Of a stretch of 64,000 nt of DNA, positions 10,600 through 21,237 are shown piece by piece. Under the pieces are notes generated by a model that made no database searches, was not told the origin of the DNA, and saw nothing but the letters and a program-made list of their open reading frames with translations. The position numbers and the translations under genes are program-made. Origin of the DNA: Candidatus Latescibacterota bacterium (GTDB taxonomy: Bacteria > Latescibacterota > UBA2968); assembly GCA_965207885.1 (NCBI GenBank), contig OZ242311.1, positions 4,928,001 through 4,992,000 on the forward strand, given 5' to 3'. Each line of letters opens with the position of its first letter. The stretch's first letter is position 1.

Positions 10600-10720
10600 T
10601 GTTTGCTCCAGTGGTTAGTGGTTAGTCGTTCGTCCACCCAGTCCTTTGTCCCTTACCTCTCTAACATACATCATCCCCCAAAGAGATTCAAGCGATCAAG
10701 ACAGGGCGGGATGAAGTTAC

Positions 10721-10749
10721 TTGACAGTTAATTTTCTTGCATTCATTAT
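10721..10749 (+). promoter_or_regulatory. sigma70-type promoter
   Basis: TTGACA-17 bp-CATTAT upstream of AGGAGG and ATG 10782. Confidence 0.55.
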
Positions 10750-10781
10750 GTACTATCAATTCCCACATATAGGAGGCTAAG

Positions 10782-12005
10782 ATGAAAATCACCGATATTG
10801 AAGTTATTCCCATTGCGATGCCTTTGGCAAAACGCTACGACAACCACCACGGGCGCACGCGTATGTACGATATCGATCAGCATGTGGTGGTCAAAATCCA
10901 TACGGATAACGGGCTGATTGGCTATGGCGATTACGAAGACCGCTCTGCGATTGCTTCTGAGGAAATCGAGCCGTTAATTGGGCGCAATCCCTTTGACTTT
11001 CTGCACAATAATTTCAATATGGCTCTTGGCATGGCGCTCTACGATGTCATGGGCAAGTACCTCGAAGTGCCTGCCTATAAGCTCCTGGGGCAAAAGGTGA
11101 GGGATGCGGTGCCTGCGGCGGCGTGGACACGGCCCTGTTCACCTGAAGTGTTTGCAGGAGAAATCCAGCGCGCTGCCGATCAGGGATATCGCATTTTCAA
11201 AATGCATTCCGACGCACGTTATGATGTTATTGAACAAACGCGCGCCGCTGCCGAGGTCGCACCAGAGGGCTTTAAGCTCCACTGGGATTTCAACCACAAC
11301 CGCACGATGGGTGTTGTGCTTCCCATTGTAGCCGAACTCGAACGCAATTATCCGGTGGTCGGTTTTATTGAAGACCCGCTGCCATGGGCCGATATTGATG
11401 GCTGGCGCACATTGAGACAAAAAACGCAACTGCCGCTTATTATGCACAATCCTCAACTCGGCGGCATGCAGGAGGTTTTACACGGCACTGCCGATATTTA
11501 TATGATTGGCGGTCGCATTGGCGATACTATGCGAAAGGGATTTGCTTACGGTCAGGCCAATATCCAGACGCTTCTTCAGCAATCGGGCAATACCCTGATG
11601 AAGGCTTTTACGCTGCATCAGGCGGCGGTCTTGCCCACGGCAACCGCGCATATTATCACTCTGGACGATCAATACGAAGACGATATTACCACGTCGCAAC
11701 TGCTACCGACAGAGGGTTTCTGTCGCGTGCCCGAGGGTGCGGGACTCGGTGTTGAGGTCGATGAGGAAAAACTCAAGCAGGCCGCCCAACGCGAACATAT
11801 TCCCAAACTCGACGTTATTGGCGTGCTCCACCTGCCTTATGGACGCAAGTATTATACCCGCGGGGAACCCAATGTTATAAATCTTACTGGTTTTGAAGAA
11901 GGCGCGTTGCGCGGTATCCATTGCGAACGCCTCGTCAGAGGCGAGTCTCCCGACTTTGAGCGCGTTCACAAACGGCTGGAAGAGGAGGGGCCATTTGTTG
12001 AGTAG
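10782..12005 (+). CDS. enolase superfamily (mandelate racemase/muconate lactonizing) enzyme
   Basis: MKITDIEV, ALYDVMGKYLEVPAYKLLG, FKMH, WDFN, IEDP, GLGVEVD. Confidence 0.88.
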   Translation: MKITDIEVIPIAMPLAKRYDNHHGRTRMYDIDQHVVVKIHTDNGLIGYGDYEDRSAIASEEIEPLIGRNPFDFLHNNFNMALGMALYDVMGKYLEVPAYKLLGQKVRDAVPAAAWTRPCSPEVFAGEIQRAADQGYRIFKMHSDARYDVIEQTRAAAEVAPEGFKLHWDFNHNRTMGVVLPIVAELERNYPVVGFIEDPLPWADIDGWRTLRQKTQLPLIMHNPQLGGMQEVLHGTADIYMIGGRIGDTMRKGFAYGQANIQTLLQQSGNTLMKAFTLHQAAVLPTATAHIITLDDQYEDDITTSQLLPTEGFCRVPEGAGLGVEVDEEKLKQAAQREHIPKLDVIGVLHLPYGRKYYTRGEPNVINLTGFEEGALRGIHCERLVRGESPDFERVHKRLEEEGPFVE

Positions 12006-12011
12006 AAAAAT

Positions 12012-12045
12012 CAACAGGACATTTCTTTATAGAGATGTCCTGTTG
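12012..12045. terminator. hairpin between convergent genes
   Basis: CAACAGGACAT...ATGTCCTGTTG inverted repeat. Confidence 0.7.
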
Positions 12046-12069
12046 TGTTGCGGGCTGTATTATGCAATT

Positions 12070-13515
12070 TTAAAAGAATCGATCTGCATCGCGAGGTGGT
12101 GTGGTGGCGAAAGATACGAGGATGAGGATGAGCGCGGAAACAGGGACGATAATGCCGGCGGGGATTAAGCCGGTTCCACCAATGCTGTACGCGCCTTCTA
12201 CATTCAGGGAATCTGCATAAAAAAATAGCCATAGACCAATTACACTCAGGATTGCTGCAGTTGCGCCCTGCTTTGTGCTGCGCTTCCAGTACAGTGCGCC
12301 GACGAATACGGGTACCAGTCCCGCAAAACCCGTGAGTGACCAGGCACCGAGTTCAAAAATTGACCGCGTTGTAAATAGCGACGCGACAAAGGCCAATACG
12401 AGGAATGCAGCGACGAATAGACGCCCGAACAAGACCTGCTGTTTTTCTGACAATTGATCGTCAAAACCGTAAAATCGCACAATATCTTCGGTAAACATTG
12501 CGCCCAGGGCAAGGGTTTGGGAGTCGAGCGAAGACATAATTGCCGCAAAAACACCTGCCGCCAGGCATCCTGCCAGCACGCCGCCTGTATGTGCCAGAAT
12601 TAATTCAATCAGAATGGGGCCGTTCAGCGGCGCCGTAAAATCAATGCGACCGACCATTCCCAGGGTGACGCTGGGTACCCACACGGCGGCGATACACAGG
12701 GGATAGAATACAATGGGCGTTTGAAATGACCGCGCGGTTCGCGCAGAGAGCCAATGGCCGTAAATATGGGGAAATGCCGCAACACTGATGGGTAGCATGA
12801 GATAGGAGAGTATTTTGAATACGGTATAAGAGCCGCTGCCAAAAATCACAAATTCGGGGTGCGTCTCGCGCAGCGTTGCCATAGCCTTACCGATCCCGCC
12901 GTAGTGGTCCATAATGACGAGATAGGCAATGATGCCTACGAGAATAAATACCGTTGTTTGAAAGGTATTTGCCCAGGCTGTACTTCGCATCCCGCCATAG
13001 GTTACGTACAGAAATGTCACCCCACATACGAGCAAGCTACCTGCCCAACTCGGCCACTCACCGCGCGTGATTGCCGCGAGCGCATCGCCCCCGCCTTTGA
13101 CCCCTATCAGGATGTAGGGCAGCATCAACAACACTGCGACGACAAATAAGAGCGTTCCCAGTGCTGGGGATGTATAGCGGTCCCTGATCATTTGGATTTG
13201 GGTGACATAAGAAAACCGTTTGCCCAACCACCAGCTTTTTGTGCCGAGATAATAAAAGAGAAATGGAATCAGAATAGACGAACTCGCGCCCATCAAACCG
13301 AAGACGATAATCCCCAGGCGATAGGCTTCTCCGGATGCTCCCAGCATTGTAAATGCCGTTAGATTGGTGCCCAGCAGTGTCATCAGCAGGACTACAGGGC
13401 CAATGGTTCGGCTTGCGACAAAGTAATCTTCTGCGGTATTGCGAAACAGCCGATGTCCCAGGGTGCCGACCACTATAACCAGCCCCAGATAAATTGCGAC
13501 AACCGCAATAATCAT
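12070..13515 (-). CDS. sodium:solute symporter
   Basis: EDYFVASR, YGGMRSTAW, AAIMSSLDSQ, many TM helices; start overlaps the upstream stop (ATGA). Confidence 0.92.
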   Translation of the reverse strand: MIIAVVAIYLGLVIVVGTLGHRLFRNTAEDYFVASRTIGPVVLLMTLLGTNLTAFTMLGASGEAYRLGIIVFGLMGASSSILIPFLFYYLGTKSWWLGKRFSYVTQIQMIRDRYTSPALGTLLFVVAVLLMLPYILIGVKGGGDALAAITRGEWPSWAGSLLVCGVTFLYVTYGGMRSTAWANTFQTTVFILVGIIAYLVIMDHYGGIGKAMATLRETHPEFVIFGSGSYTVFKILSYLMLPISVAAFPHIYGHWLSARTARSFQTPIVFYPLCIAAVWVPSVTLGMVGRIDFTAPLNGPILIELILAHTGGVLAGCLAAGVFAAIMSSLDSQTLALGAMFTEDIVRFYGFDDQLSEKQQVLFGRLFVAAFLVLAFVASLFTTRSIFELGAWSLTGFAGLVPVFVGALYWKRSTKQGATAAILSVIGLWLFFYADSLNVEGAYSIGGTGLIPAGIIVPVSALILILVSFATTPPRDADRFF

Positions 13516-13727
13516 TCCCGATTCTCCATATCTAAATGATGGGGCCAGGCCAGGCGTACAATCACGAGCATACAGAGTGTGGTCAGGACGCACAGGCCGA
13601 TGTGGTAAAGCAAATTGATTGGCAATCCCAGGATTAGTGTGTCGTTATCCCACATCCAGATATTAAAAAATAGAATCAGCAAGACGAGCAAAACACTCAG
13701 GGGCCAGATTTTTGTTTGTCGTGACAT
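13512..13727 (-). CDS. small 2-TM symporter accessory protein (DUF3311-like)
   Basis: Two TM helices, ILGLP motif, translationally coupled to the symporter gene. Confidence 0.8.
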   Translation of the reverse strand: MSRQTKIWPLSVLLVLLILFFNIWMWDNDTLILGLPINLLYHIGLCVLTTLCMLVIVRLAWPHHLDMENRE

Positions 13728-13755
13728 AATGTTATCCTTTTTGTTTTGCTCGATA

Positions 13756-14727
13756 TTACGGTCTCTGCGCGCCCTTTGTTTCGACGTACACTGAGTACAA
13801 ACACATCCCGCCGGTCATGAAGAGGCGGTTTCTCTTTTGTCCGCCAAAGCAGAGGTTGGAACACACTTCGGGCAGGTGAATTTTGCCAATGAGGTCGCCA
13901 TTGGGCGCGAAAATTTTGACGCCGTTATCTTCGGGATTGCCCCAGCCCGAGCTGCTCCACAGGTTGCCGTCAATGTCGCAGCGAATGCCATCGGCGAATC
14001 CGGGCGCCATGTCGGCAAAGATGCGACTGTTTTTGAGGCGGCCATTTTCGACATCAAAAGCGCGAATATGCGCGGGACCTCCCAGGCCATGAGAGGAGCC
14101 GGTATCGGTGATATAGAGAATTTTTTCATCGGGAGAGAAGCACAGTCCATTGGGGCGCACAAAATCATCGGCAACAACTGTGGCATTTCCCGTGGTGGGA
14201 TCGAGGCGATAGACGTTGGTGGGCAGTTCATAGTCGGCAATGTGACCTTCGTAGTCGAGCATGATGCCGTATCCTGGATCAGTGAACCATATACTGCCAT
14301 CGGAATGCGCGGTGACGTCATTAGGGGCGTTGAGAGGCTTGCCCTCAAAGCTGTCGATGAGCACGGTGATGGTTCCGTCGTATTCGGTGCGGGTGACGCG
14401 GCGCGTGCCGTGTTCACAGGTAATCAGACGGCCTGCTCGGTCTCGGGTGTGTCCATTGCAATAATTGGAAGGTTGGCGATAGACGCTGAGGCTGCCATCG
14501 CTTTCGTCCCAGCGCATAATGCGATTATTGGGTATGTCGCTGAAGAGCACACAACGCGCGTCTCCAAACCACACCGGGCCTTCGCCCCAGCGCAGGCCAG
14601 TACAGAGACGCTCGACCGCGGCGTTGCCAATGGCGTATTTTTCAAAGCGCGCGTCCAGAATTTCAATGGCGGGATCGGGATAGGGAACAGGACTGCCGTC
14701 CCACGGACGGGTTTTCCAATCGGACAT
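13756..14727 (-). CDS. SMP-30/gluconolactonase family protein
   Basis: EGPVW, FSDIPNNR, NAPND, PNGLCFSPD, DGIRCDIDGNLW. Confidence 0.93.
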   Translation of the reverse strand: MSDWKTRPWDGSPVPYPDPAIEILDARFEKYAIGNAAVERLCTGLRWGEGPVWFGDARCVLFSDIPNNRIMRWDESDGSLSVYRQPSNYCNGHTRDRAGRLITCEHGTRRVTRTEYDGTITVLIDSFEGKPLNAPNDVTAHSDGSIWFTDPGYGIMLDYEGHIADYELPTNVYRLDPTTGNATVVADDFVRPNGLCFSPDEKILYITDTGSSHGLGGPAHIRAFDVENGRLKNSRIFADMAPGFADGIRCDIDGNLWSSSGWGNPEDNGVKIFAPNGDLIGKIHLPEVCSNLCFGGQKRNRLFMTGGMCLYSVYVETKGAQRP

Positions 14728-14826
14728 TTTTTCTCCTTAGAGGTGTTTGATGCCTGCGCGTACAAGGGGCGTATGGCGAAAGGGCTACGCTGCGATTGGG
14801 TAGAAGAGGAGATGGAAGGAGGGGAT

Positions 14827-15573
14827 CTAATCCAACGAAAATTCTATTGGCATGATCATCCAGACTTTGCGGCGTTCGCCCTGGTGTTTCCCAGGGCGAA
14901 ATCGAAATTGCCACGCTGCGTCTAATGCCGCTTTCCTGAACATTTCTGGGCCGTGAATAAACTGGACGTCTTCTACATTGCCTACCTTGTCAACCAGCAC
15001 TTTGACCGTGACTTTGCCTTCAATGCGTTTTTTTCGCGCTTCGGCGGGGTATTCAGGCGTGACAATTCGGCTTGGATGTGGTTTGTAGTCGATCTCCATA
15101 TAGTCGAGCGGTTCGTCTAAGTCTGTTCCCGTTGTGCTTGCTAAATTGGGTATAAATATTTTGTCGAGGTCCAACTCGGTTGATTCAATCGTCACATCCT
15201 CAGGGACCTCGTCGCCTTCAACTGCCAGGGGCACTTGAGGGCGCGGTGGCGGTGGCGGGCGCTTTTGTTGGCTCGTTTCGGGAATATCAACTCTGAGAAT
15301 TTTAGGGACGGATTGCGTCAGGTGTACGGTGGGATGGTATTCGGGATAGAGTCCAAAAACGGCGATGAAGAGTATGAGATTCAACAAGCTCGCGCGCATC
15401 ATGTTCGGCCAATAGGGCAACTTTAAGTCAGCATCGGGTTTTTTTGTGCGCGTCTCTATCTGAACATCGCAGGGCTGGGCAGATAGTCTTTTTTGAAATT
15501 CGCGCTGCGTCTGGCGCGCCTGATAAATTTGACCGCTTAACGTATTCCCAAATCTGATCTGGACGAGGTTCAT
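14827..15573 (-). CDS. TonB family energy transducer
   Basis: KKPDADL plus TM anchor, Pro-rich RPPPPPRP linker, YP..AR..IEGKV..F.PG C-terminal domain. Confidence 0.85.
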   Translation of the reverse strand: MNLVQIRFGNTLSGQIYQARQTQREFQKRLSAQPCDVQIETRTKKPDADLKLPYWPNMMRASLLNLILFIAVFGLYPEYHPTVHLTQSVPKILRVDIPETSQQKRPPPPPRPQVPLAVEGDEVPEDVTIESTELDLDKIFIPNLASTTGTDLDEPLDYMEIDYKPHPSRIVTPEYPAEARKKRIEGKVTVKVLVDKVGNVEDVQFIHGPEMFRKAALDAAWQFRFRPGKHQGERRKVWMIMPIEFSLD

Positions 15574-15799
15574 GCGATTCCCATTTAATGAACTGTGCTG
15601 TATGCAGGCGTACTTTAGATTTTTAACTTAAGAGAAAGTTCCAATTCCACTGATGTAGATGGGGGACATGGAGCAACAATTTATATGAGTCTGTGGCGTT
15701 TGTCCAGACGAATCCGTATCAAACCAGTTGTATTTTGAAGCTATGGATTGTAATATAAAGGGGATATTTGGGTTATGACAAAAATCATTGGAGGAAGAG

Positions 15800-16801
15800 A
15801 TGAATCGTCAGATTACGCTTGCTGCACGTCCTGAAGGGTTTCCCGTGCCGGAGGATTTTAAGCTTGTTGAAACGCCTATTCCAGAACCGGGGGAAGGCGA
15901 GGTGTTGTCGAGAACGCTGTTTATGTCGGTTGATCCCTATATGCGCGGGCGGATGAATGATCGGGCATCGTATGCGGCAAATGTGCAAATTGGCGATGTG
16001 ATGGTGGGCGGCACGGTGGGGGAGGTGATCGCGTCGAATGATCCCAATTTTGAGGTTGGCGATATTGTCCAGGCGCAAATCGGGTGGCAGGCTTATGGCG
16101 TGTCTAAGGGATCGAATTTGCGCAAGGTCAATCCAGATCTTGCACCTGTATCAACGGCTTTAGGAGTGTTGGGGATGCCCGGGCTTACGGCGTATTTTGG
16201 ATTGCTGGAAGTTGGGCAGCCCAAAGAAGGCGAGACTGTACTGGTGACGGGTGCTGCGGGTGCTGTGGGATCAATTGTGGGGCAGATTGCCAAAATCGTG
16301 GGTTGTGGCGTTGTGGGTGTGGCGGGGTCGGATCAAAAGATCGCCCATGTGGTTGACGAGTTGGGTTTTGACGCCGCTTTCAATTACAAGGCGGTCGATG
16401 ATTACAGTGCCGAATTGCAACGCCAGTGTCCCGATGGCATTGACGTATTTTTTGACAATGTGGGTGGCGCAGTTTCCGATGCGGCCTTTCCCCTGATGAA
16501 TGTGCGTGGTCGTATTTCTGTTTGCGGGCAAATATCGCAATACAATTTGACCGCTCCAGAACAGGGGCCGCGGATGATGTGGTACTTTATTTCTCAAAGA
16601 TTGACGATGCGCGGTTTTCTGGTTTTTGACTTTGAAGACCAGCACGCCGAGGCCCTCAACCAGATGGCTATTTGGGTCAATGAAGGGCGGATTAAATATC
16701 GGGAAGATATCTGGGAGGGGTTGGAGAATGCCCCCGAGGCATTTATCGATATGATGCGGGGTGGGAATACTGGCAAGCGCGTAGTAAAGGTGGCGGAGTA
16801 A
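15800..16801 (+). CDS. NADP-dependent oxidoreductase (MDR, CurA/LTB4DH-like)
   Basis: SVDPYMRGRM, LGMPGLTAYFGL, GAAGAVGS, FDNVGG. Confidence 0.92.
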   Translation: MNRQITLAARPEGFPVPEDFKLVETPIPEPGEGEVLSRTLFMSVDPYMRGRMNDRASYAANVQIGDVMVGGTVGEVIASNDPNFEVGDIVQAQIGWQAYGVSKGSNLRKVNPDLAPVSTALGVLGMPGLTAYFGLLEVGQPKEGETVLVTGAAGAVGSIVGQIAKIVGCGVVGVAGSDQKIAHVVDELGFDAAFNYKAVDDYSAELQRQCPDGIDVFFDNVGGAVSDAAFPLMNVRGRISVCGQISQYNLTAPEQGPRMMWYFISQRLTMRGFLVFDFEDQHAEALNQMAIWVNEGRIKYREDIWEGLENAPEAFIDMMRGGNTGKRVVKVAE

Positions 16802-16802
16802 G

Positions 16803-17567
16803 ATGGGTATGACAGATTATCAGATTGAACATTTTCATCGCAATGGATTCTTTTTTGTTCCAAATCCGCTGGACGATGATGCTATGTTTGAGATTGACCG
16901 GCACCAGCGAGCGGTTGAACCGGGGTGGTCAAAGGCCGAGTGGGCAGAGGGTTTTAACCGGGGGGCTTGTCAGTTTTTTATGGTGGGCGAGCCGTTGTTG
17001 CAGGCGGTGGAGTGCCCGGAATTTTTGGGTATGGCACGGCGCATTTTGGGGTGTGAAGATGTGCATGTGGGCGCGTGTGGGTTGGGCGATGCGTCGAAAA
17101 TTGTTTCGGCGGATGGGCGTTTGCTGCAGCAGGTTCACTGGCACGCGGATGGGGGACCAGATGTTCGGCAGGTGTCGATGCGTACGGCATTGGATCGGCA
17201 CGATCCATCTAATGCGCCGTTGCGCGTATTGCCCGGTACACATGTTAGACCCCTGGAGGAAGTCATCGAAGAATTGCGACAAATCGAACTTGCGACCGGG
17301 CAGCACGATGAGATGCCCGAGTTGTTATTTGCCTCACATCCCCGCGAGGTAGAAGTGATTCTGGATCCGCGATGGACGCTGGTGTGGACGCCGAGTTGTT
17401 GGCATGCGACGGGTGTGAAGACGGCGGCTGGTCCAAGGCGTGCGATGGCGTGGAATTATTTCCCGAGCGGGGGGCGCAAGCGCGATATGGAGGCGCTGAA
17501 GTACGTGATTGAAGGCTGGGAGGATTGGTCCGATGATCGGAAGCAGTTATGGGGGCTTGTGGCGTGA
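16803..17567 (+). CDS. PhyH family Fe(II)/2OG dioxygenase
   Basis: F..NGF, WHAD (HxD), LRVLPGTH, WH, PRR. Confidence 0.8.
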   Translation: MGMTDYQIEHFHRNGFFFVPNPLDDDAMFEIDRHQRAVEPGWSKAEWAEGFNRGACQFFMVGEPLLQAVECPEFLGMARRILGCEDVHVGACGLGDASKIVSADGRLLQQVHWHADGGPDVRQVSMRTALDRHDPSNAPLRVLPGTHVRPLEEVIEELRQIELATGQHDEMPELLFASHPREVEVILDPRWTLVWTPSCWHATGVKTAAGPRRAMAWNYFPSGGRKRDMEALKYVIEGWEDWSDDRKQLWGLVA

Positions 17568-17604
17568 AGGCTATGCGGGTAGATGCAGACGAGAGGCTGT
17601 CTGG

Positions 17605-17641
17605 GAGCGGCGCACAGGTTTGGTGCCGCTCTTATTTTTTT
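17605..17641 (+). terminator. probable intrinsic terminator
   Basis: GAGCGGCGC...GTGCCGCTC followed by a T run. Confidence 0.55.
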
Positions 17642-18777
17642 ACTGCAATTACCAGTGCGCCGATGGCATATATTCCACCGCCAATGAGAAAAATCCAGTC
17701 CGATGGCAAATGTACCTGCTGTGTCATCCATCCGAGCATAGGGCCTGTTGCGGAGCCGAGATCAGATGCTGTTACGTATCCCGCAACAGAACGCGAACCG
17801 CGCATTCCCGCCTCGGCGTGCATGACTACTGTTGCGCCAACACCGCACAGGAAGAACACGACCACGCACAAGATCAACAATCCCGTATTGGATGTGATTG
17901 ATGCCGAGAGCAGAGCTAATGTCCCGGTGCCAAAATAAATGGCTGCACTCCACCGCCGTCCCAACCGATCGCTGATATGGCCCAGAAAAGGACCACCGAG
18001 CGCGTCGGCAATCCACCGTGAAGATAGCAACAGACCGTTTAATGTGGCTACGCCAATGGCCATACCCAACAGGTTCAGAGATGTGCCCACGGTTTCGACG
18101 AGGACCACCCCCAGGGTGGACATTAAAATGCCCGGTCCAACGCACCCGATCACAAATCCGCAAATCATTAATTTGGGTACCCAGCCCGAGTCCTCGACGC
18201 CTTCTTTATTTATATTTTTTTCGAAAACAGCGCGTCGCGCGATCCATCCCAGGGGTGTTCCTATCAACGAGATGATGGCGAATAAAAAGAGTGTGAGTGT
18301 AAATCCAATGATGTCGTGAGCCAGCCCGCCTAAAAAATTGCCTCCCACCGACCCGAGGCGCGATACGCCGTTGTAAAATCCCATTTTCTGACCGATCATA
18401 GATGGCGGTGTGGTATCTACTACGGTCATCAAACCAATCTGGCGTATAAATGACCAGGATAATCCCCATAGCATGCGCGCGATAAGCAAGATGGGGAAGG
18501 AGGTGACAACGCCGTAAACCGCTGTCAATACGGCTCCGAGAATCAGGGAGCCTGTCATCAAAGCCGTCAGATTATAGCGCTGGCACAATTTTTCGGCCAG
18601 GGTGTTCGTTATCAGGCGCACCCAGCGATTTACCGAGAGAATGAGGCCAACCTGATAAGGCATCAACCCAATTTCGGCATAATGCGTTGGCAACACGGAG
18701 TACAGCATCTGGTCGCCCAGCAGTGAAAATGCCGTAGCCAGTGCAATGAATACAACAGCCTGTGACGATTGCATCAT
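17632..18777 (-). CDS. MFS transporter
   Basis: About 12 TM helices; GHISDRLGRR motif A. Confidence 0.88.
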   Translation of the reverse strand: MMQSSQAVVFIALATAFSLLGDQMLYSVLPTHYAEIGLMPYQVGLILSVNRWVRLITNTLAEKLCQRYNLTALMTGSLILGAVLTAVYGVVTSFPILLIARMLWGLSWSFIRQIGLMTVVDTTPPSMIGQKMGFYNGVSRLGSVGGNFLGGLAHDIIGFTLTLFLFAIISLIGTPLGWIARRAVFEKNINKEGVEDSGWVPKLMICGFVIGCVGPGILMSTLGVVLVETVGTSLNLLGMAIGVATLNGLLLSSRWIADALGGPFLGHISDRLGRRWSAAIYFGTGTLALLSASITSNTGLLILCVVVFFLCGVGATVVMHAEAGMRGSRSVAGYVTASDLGSATGPMLGWMTQQVHLPSDWIFLIGGGIYAIGALVIAVKK

Positions 18778-19499
18778 GGATGATGTTCGACATTTTCTCC
18801 GCGATGCTCGCCGTCGATAAATGCCTGCGTAAATGCCGTTACCTGTGTTATTGCATCTTCCACGAGTGCTGCACCGGCTTCTGCGGTGGCTTCCAGAGGT
18901 TCCTTATCTACTTGATCCTGCATTGCATCGTGGCGCACGTTTTCGGGCCACAGTGCCAGCGCGAATGCCGTTTCAAATTCCTGTGCGTGTCCCGGATAGC
19001 GTTTTGTTTTTAAATTTTGCTCGGCCACATCTTTTGACATGAGATCCCAGTAAGAAGTCCATTGCAGATTTACGTCGGGGCGGTCGATCTTGAAAAACAA
19101 CCGCCATTGACCAAATATGCCCCGCAAGGGAGCTACATTGCCGCCGTGACCATTTAGCACAATGACATTTTTTACGCCATGGCGCACCAGGCTTTCGACT
19201 GCATCGAATAACACGGCCAACCACGACCCGGGTTTGGCTGTCACGGTTCCTTTGTGTACCATGTGGTGTTCGGAGATGCCCACGGCCATCGGTACATTGA
19301 CAATTACCTGGGGATACAATCGTTTGGCGGCCTCCACCGCGACATGGGCTGACGAAGCGGTATCGTGCTCCATTGCCAGGTGCTCTAAATGCTGCTCGTT
19401 GCTTCCTACCGGAATAATCGCCGTTTGAAATTCCCCGCGTTCCAGTGCTTCCCGAAATTCGCGTCGCGTCAATTTTGCCAGCAGAACTTGCTCGCTCAT
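18774..19499 (-). CDS. creatininase family amidohydrolase
   Basis: PVGSNEQH, D, GISEHH, NGHGGN, HAQEFET. Confidence 0.9.
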   Translation of the reverse strand: MSEQVLLAKLTRREFREALERGEFQTAIIPVGSNEQHLEHLAMEHDTASSAHVAVEAAKRLYPQVIVNVPMAVGISEHHMVHKGTVTAKPGSWLAVLFDAVESLVRHGVKNVIVLNGHGGNVAPLRGIFGQWRLFFKIDRPDVNLQWTSYWDLMSKDVAEQNLKTKRYPGHAQEFETAFALALWPENVRHDAMQDQVDKEPLEATAEAGAALVEDAITQVTAFTQAFIDGEHRGENVEHHP

Positions 19500-19519
19500 C
19501 GCGTTTCTCCTTATGTTAA

Positions 19520-20233
19520 TTAATCTTGTGAATAATACTCCGCGGTCTGGTTAGATGATGCCTCTGTGCCATTACGTCTCTGAATTAATCCCCTCATCGC
19601 CCTGTACATGAAATAAATCGAAATAGCAGCCCAAACAAATGCAATTGGATATGCCAATATCTCTATGCCGAAATACCGCGCCAATATTCCCGCATCGGTG
19701 CGTTCTGTCTGCATCCACAAATCCGTGCGAAAATCGTACAAACTGTACAAACACAAGACAATACCAACCCACGTTGCCAACACATGGGATAAGCGACCAA
19801 ATCGAATCGTTACGACAATCAGTACGAGACCGCAGGTTGCGCCAAACCAGAAATCGAGTGCCCCAAATGGTGTGTACAGTGCAGCCATTCCAATTTGCAG
19901 AACACCGATCAATCCGAGCAATATTCTTTGCGTGCCCAGCCATCGACCCGTGTAAATCAGCAATGCACCGAGAATGGCCGATCCCACATAACCCGCTGAA
20001 CTGATGAGTGGAAATATTCCCCCTCGGCTGATCACATGCCCCGATTCATTCCACCGTACGCGCAGTTCCTCTACTTCACCACCTGTTGCAATCGCCATAC
20101 TCGCATGACCCATTTCGTGTATCCAGACCACAAATACGCGAAATGGTTTTACGAATGGCGTGTCCCACAATACCAGAGCGATAACTGCCAATAGCAGATG
20201 CAGCCAGAATGTTCTTATTATGATCATTGCCAA
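19520..20233 (-). CDS. M50B-like membrane metallopeptidase
   Basis: HEMGH, SSAGYVGS, TDA..LA. Confidence 0.85.
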   Translation of the reverse strand: MAMIIIRTFWLHLLLAVIALVLWDTPFVKPFRVFVVWIHEMGHASMAIATGGEVEELRVRWNESGHVISRGGIFPLISSAGYVGSAILGALLIYTGRWLGTQRILLGLIGVLQIGMAALYTPFGALDFWFGATCGLVLIVVTIRFGRLSHVLATWVGIVLCLYSLYDFRTDLWMQTERTDAGILARYFGIEILAYPIAFVWAAISIYFMYRAMRGLIQRRNGTEASSNQTAEYYSQD

Positions 20234-20240
20234 TACAAAC

Positions 20241-21215
20241 CTATCGTCCGGATTCCAGATTTACGGAAACGGCGTCCAATTTATCTCGCAATGCGGCATC
20301 CAGAATCCATCCCACGCCCCCGATATTGTCCTCTAAATGCGCGATGGTGTCGCCACCTGTAATTGCCACGGTCACTTCGGGATGCGACAGGACCCAGGAT
20401 AGGGCGACTTGTCCCGGTGTTTTGTCCAGTTCATCTGCGATATCAAATAGGGTTGTTAGCACTTTTCCCTCTGCGCCCGCCATCATGGTTTCGTATTGGT
20501 CCATTCGGCGTTTTTCCCATAGTGAACCTTCTGGAGGTCGTGCGTCGGGTTTGTAAAATCCGCTCAATAGTCCCACGGCTAATGGACTGTAAACCATTAC
20601 TCCCAGGCCCTCGCTTCGCACAAAGGGGAAAATTTCTCGCTCCAATGCGCGATGTAGCAGATTGTATGGATTTTGCATGCACATATAAGGCGCCAGATTC
20701 AATGTGTGTTGAATCCAGAGGGCTTTGCACGCTTGCCATGCCGAATGGTTGCAACACCCGATATAGCGCACTTTGCCCTGATGTACCAGGTCGTCCAATG
20801 CGCGTGCGGTTTCTTCAATCGGTGTCGATTCATCGAAGTTATGCACGAGATACACGTCGATGTGATCAGTGTCCAACCGGTTCAGCGAGCGCTCTACTTC
20901 CCGCATGATGTGATAGCGGGATAGACCCTGATCATTTGGTCCTATGCCGATGCGGCTAAATACTTTGGAGGTGATTACCACATCGTCTCGTTTGCCCTTC
21001 AAGGCTTTGCCCAACACGACTTCCGAACGCCCGATATGCGTGCGATCATCACCGGGACCATAGGTATTGGCGCAGTCGATCAAATTTATGCCCAGGTCTA
21101 TCGCCTGCTCAATAACCCTTTGCCCTTCTGCCTCATCTGCCTGTCCGCGAAATCCCAGACCCAGTGCCAGCCGACTTACTTTCACACCTGCTGAACCAAA
21201 ATTGACATATTCCAT
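20241..21215 (-). CDS. aldo/keto reductase
   Basis: IDCANTYG, GLSRYHIMREVERSL, YSPLAVGLL. Confidence 0.92.
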   Translation of the reverse strand: MEYVNFGSAGVKVSRLALGLGFRGQADEAEGQRVIEQAIDLGINLIDCANTYGPGDDRTHIGRSEVVLGKALKGKRDDVVITSKVFSRIGIGPNDQGLSRYHIMREVERSLNRLDTDHIDVYLVHNFDESTPIEETARALDDLVHQGKVRYIGCCNHSAWQACKALWIQHTLNLAPYMCMQNPYNLLHRALEREIFPFVRSEGLGVMVYSPLAVGLLSGFYKPDARPPEGSLWEKRRMDQYETMMAGAEGKVLTTLFDIADELDKTPGQVALSWVLSHPEVTVAITGGDTIAHLEDNIGGVGWILDAALRDKLDAVSVNLESGR

Positions 21216-21237
21216 AATATGTGCTCCCATTAATTAT

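Noticed and set aside
13837-14925. 362-aa plus-strand ORF
   Set aside because: Antisense shadow of the gluconolactonase gene; no recognisable motifs
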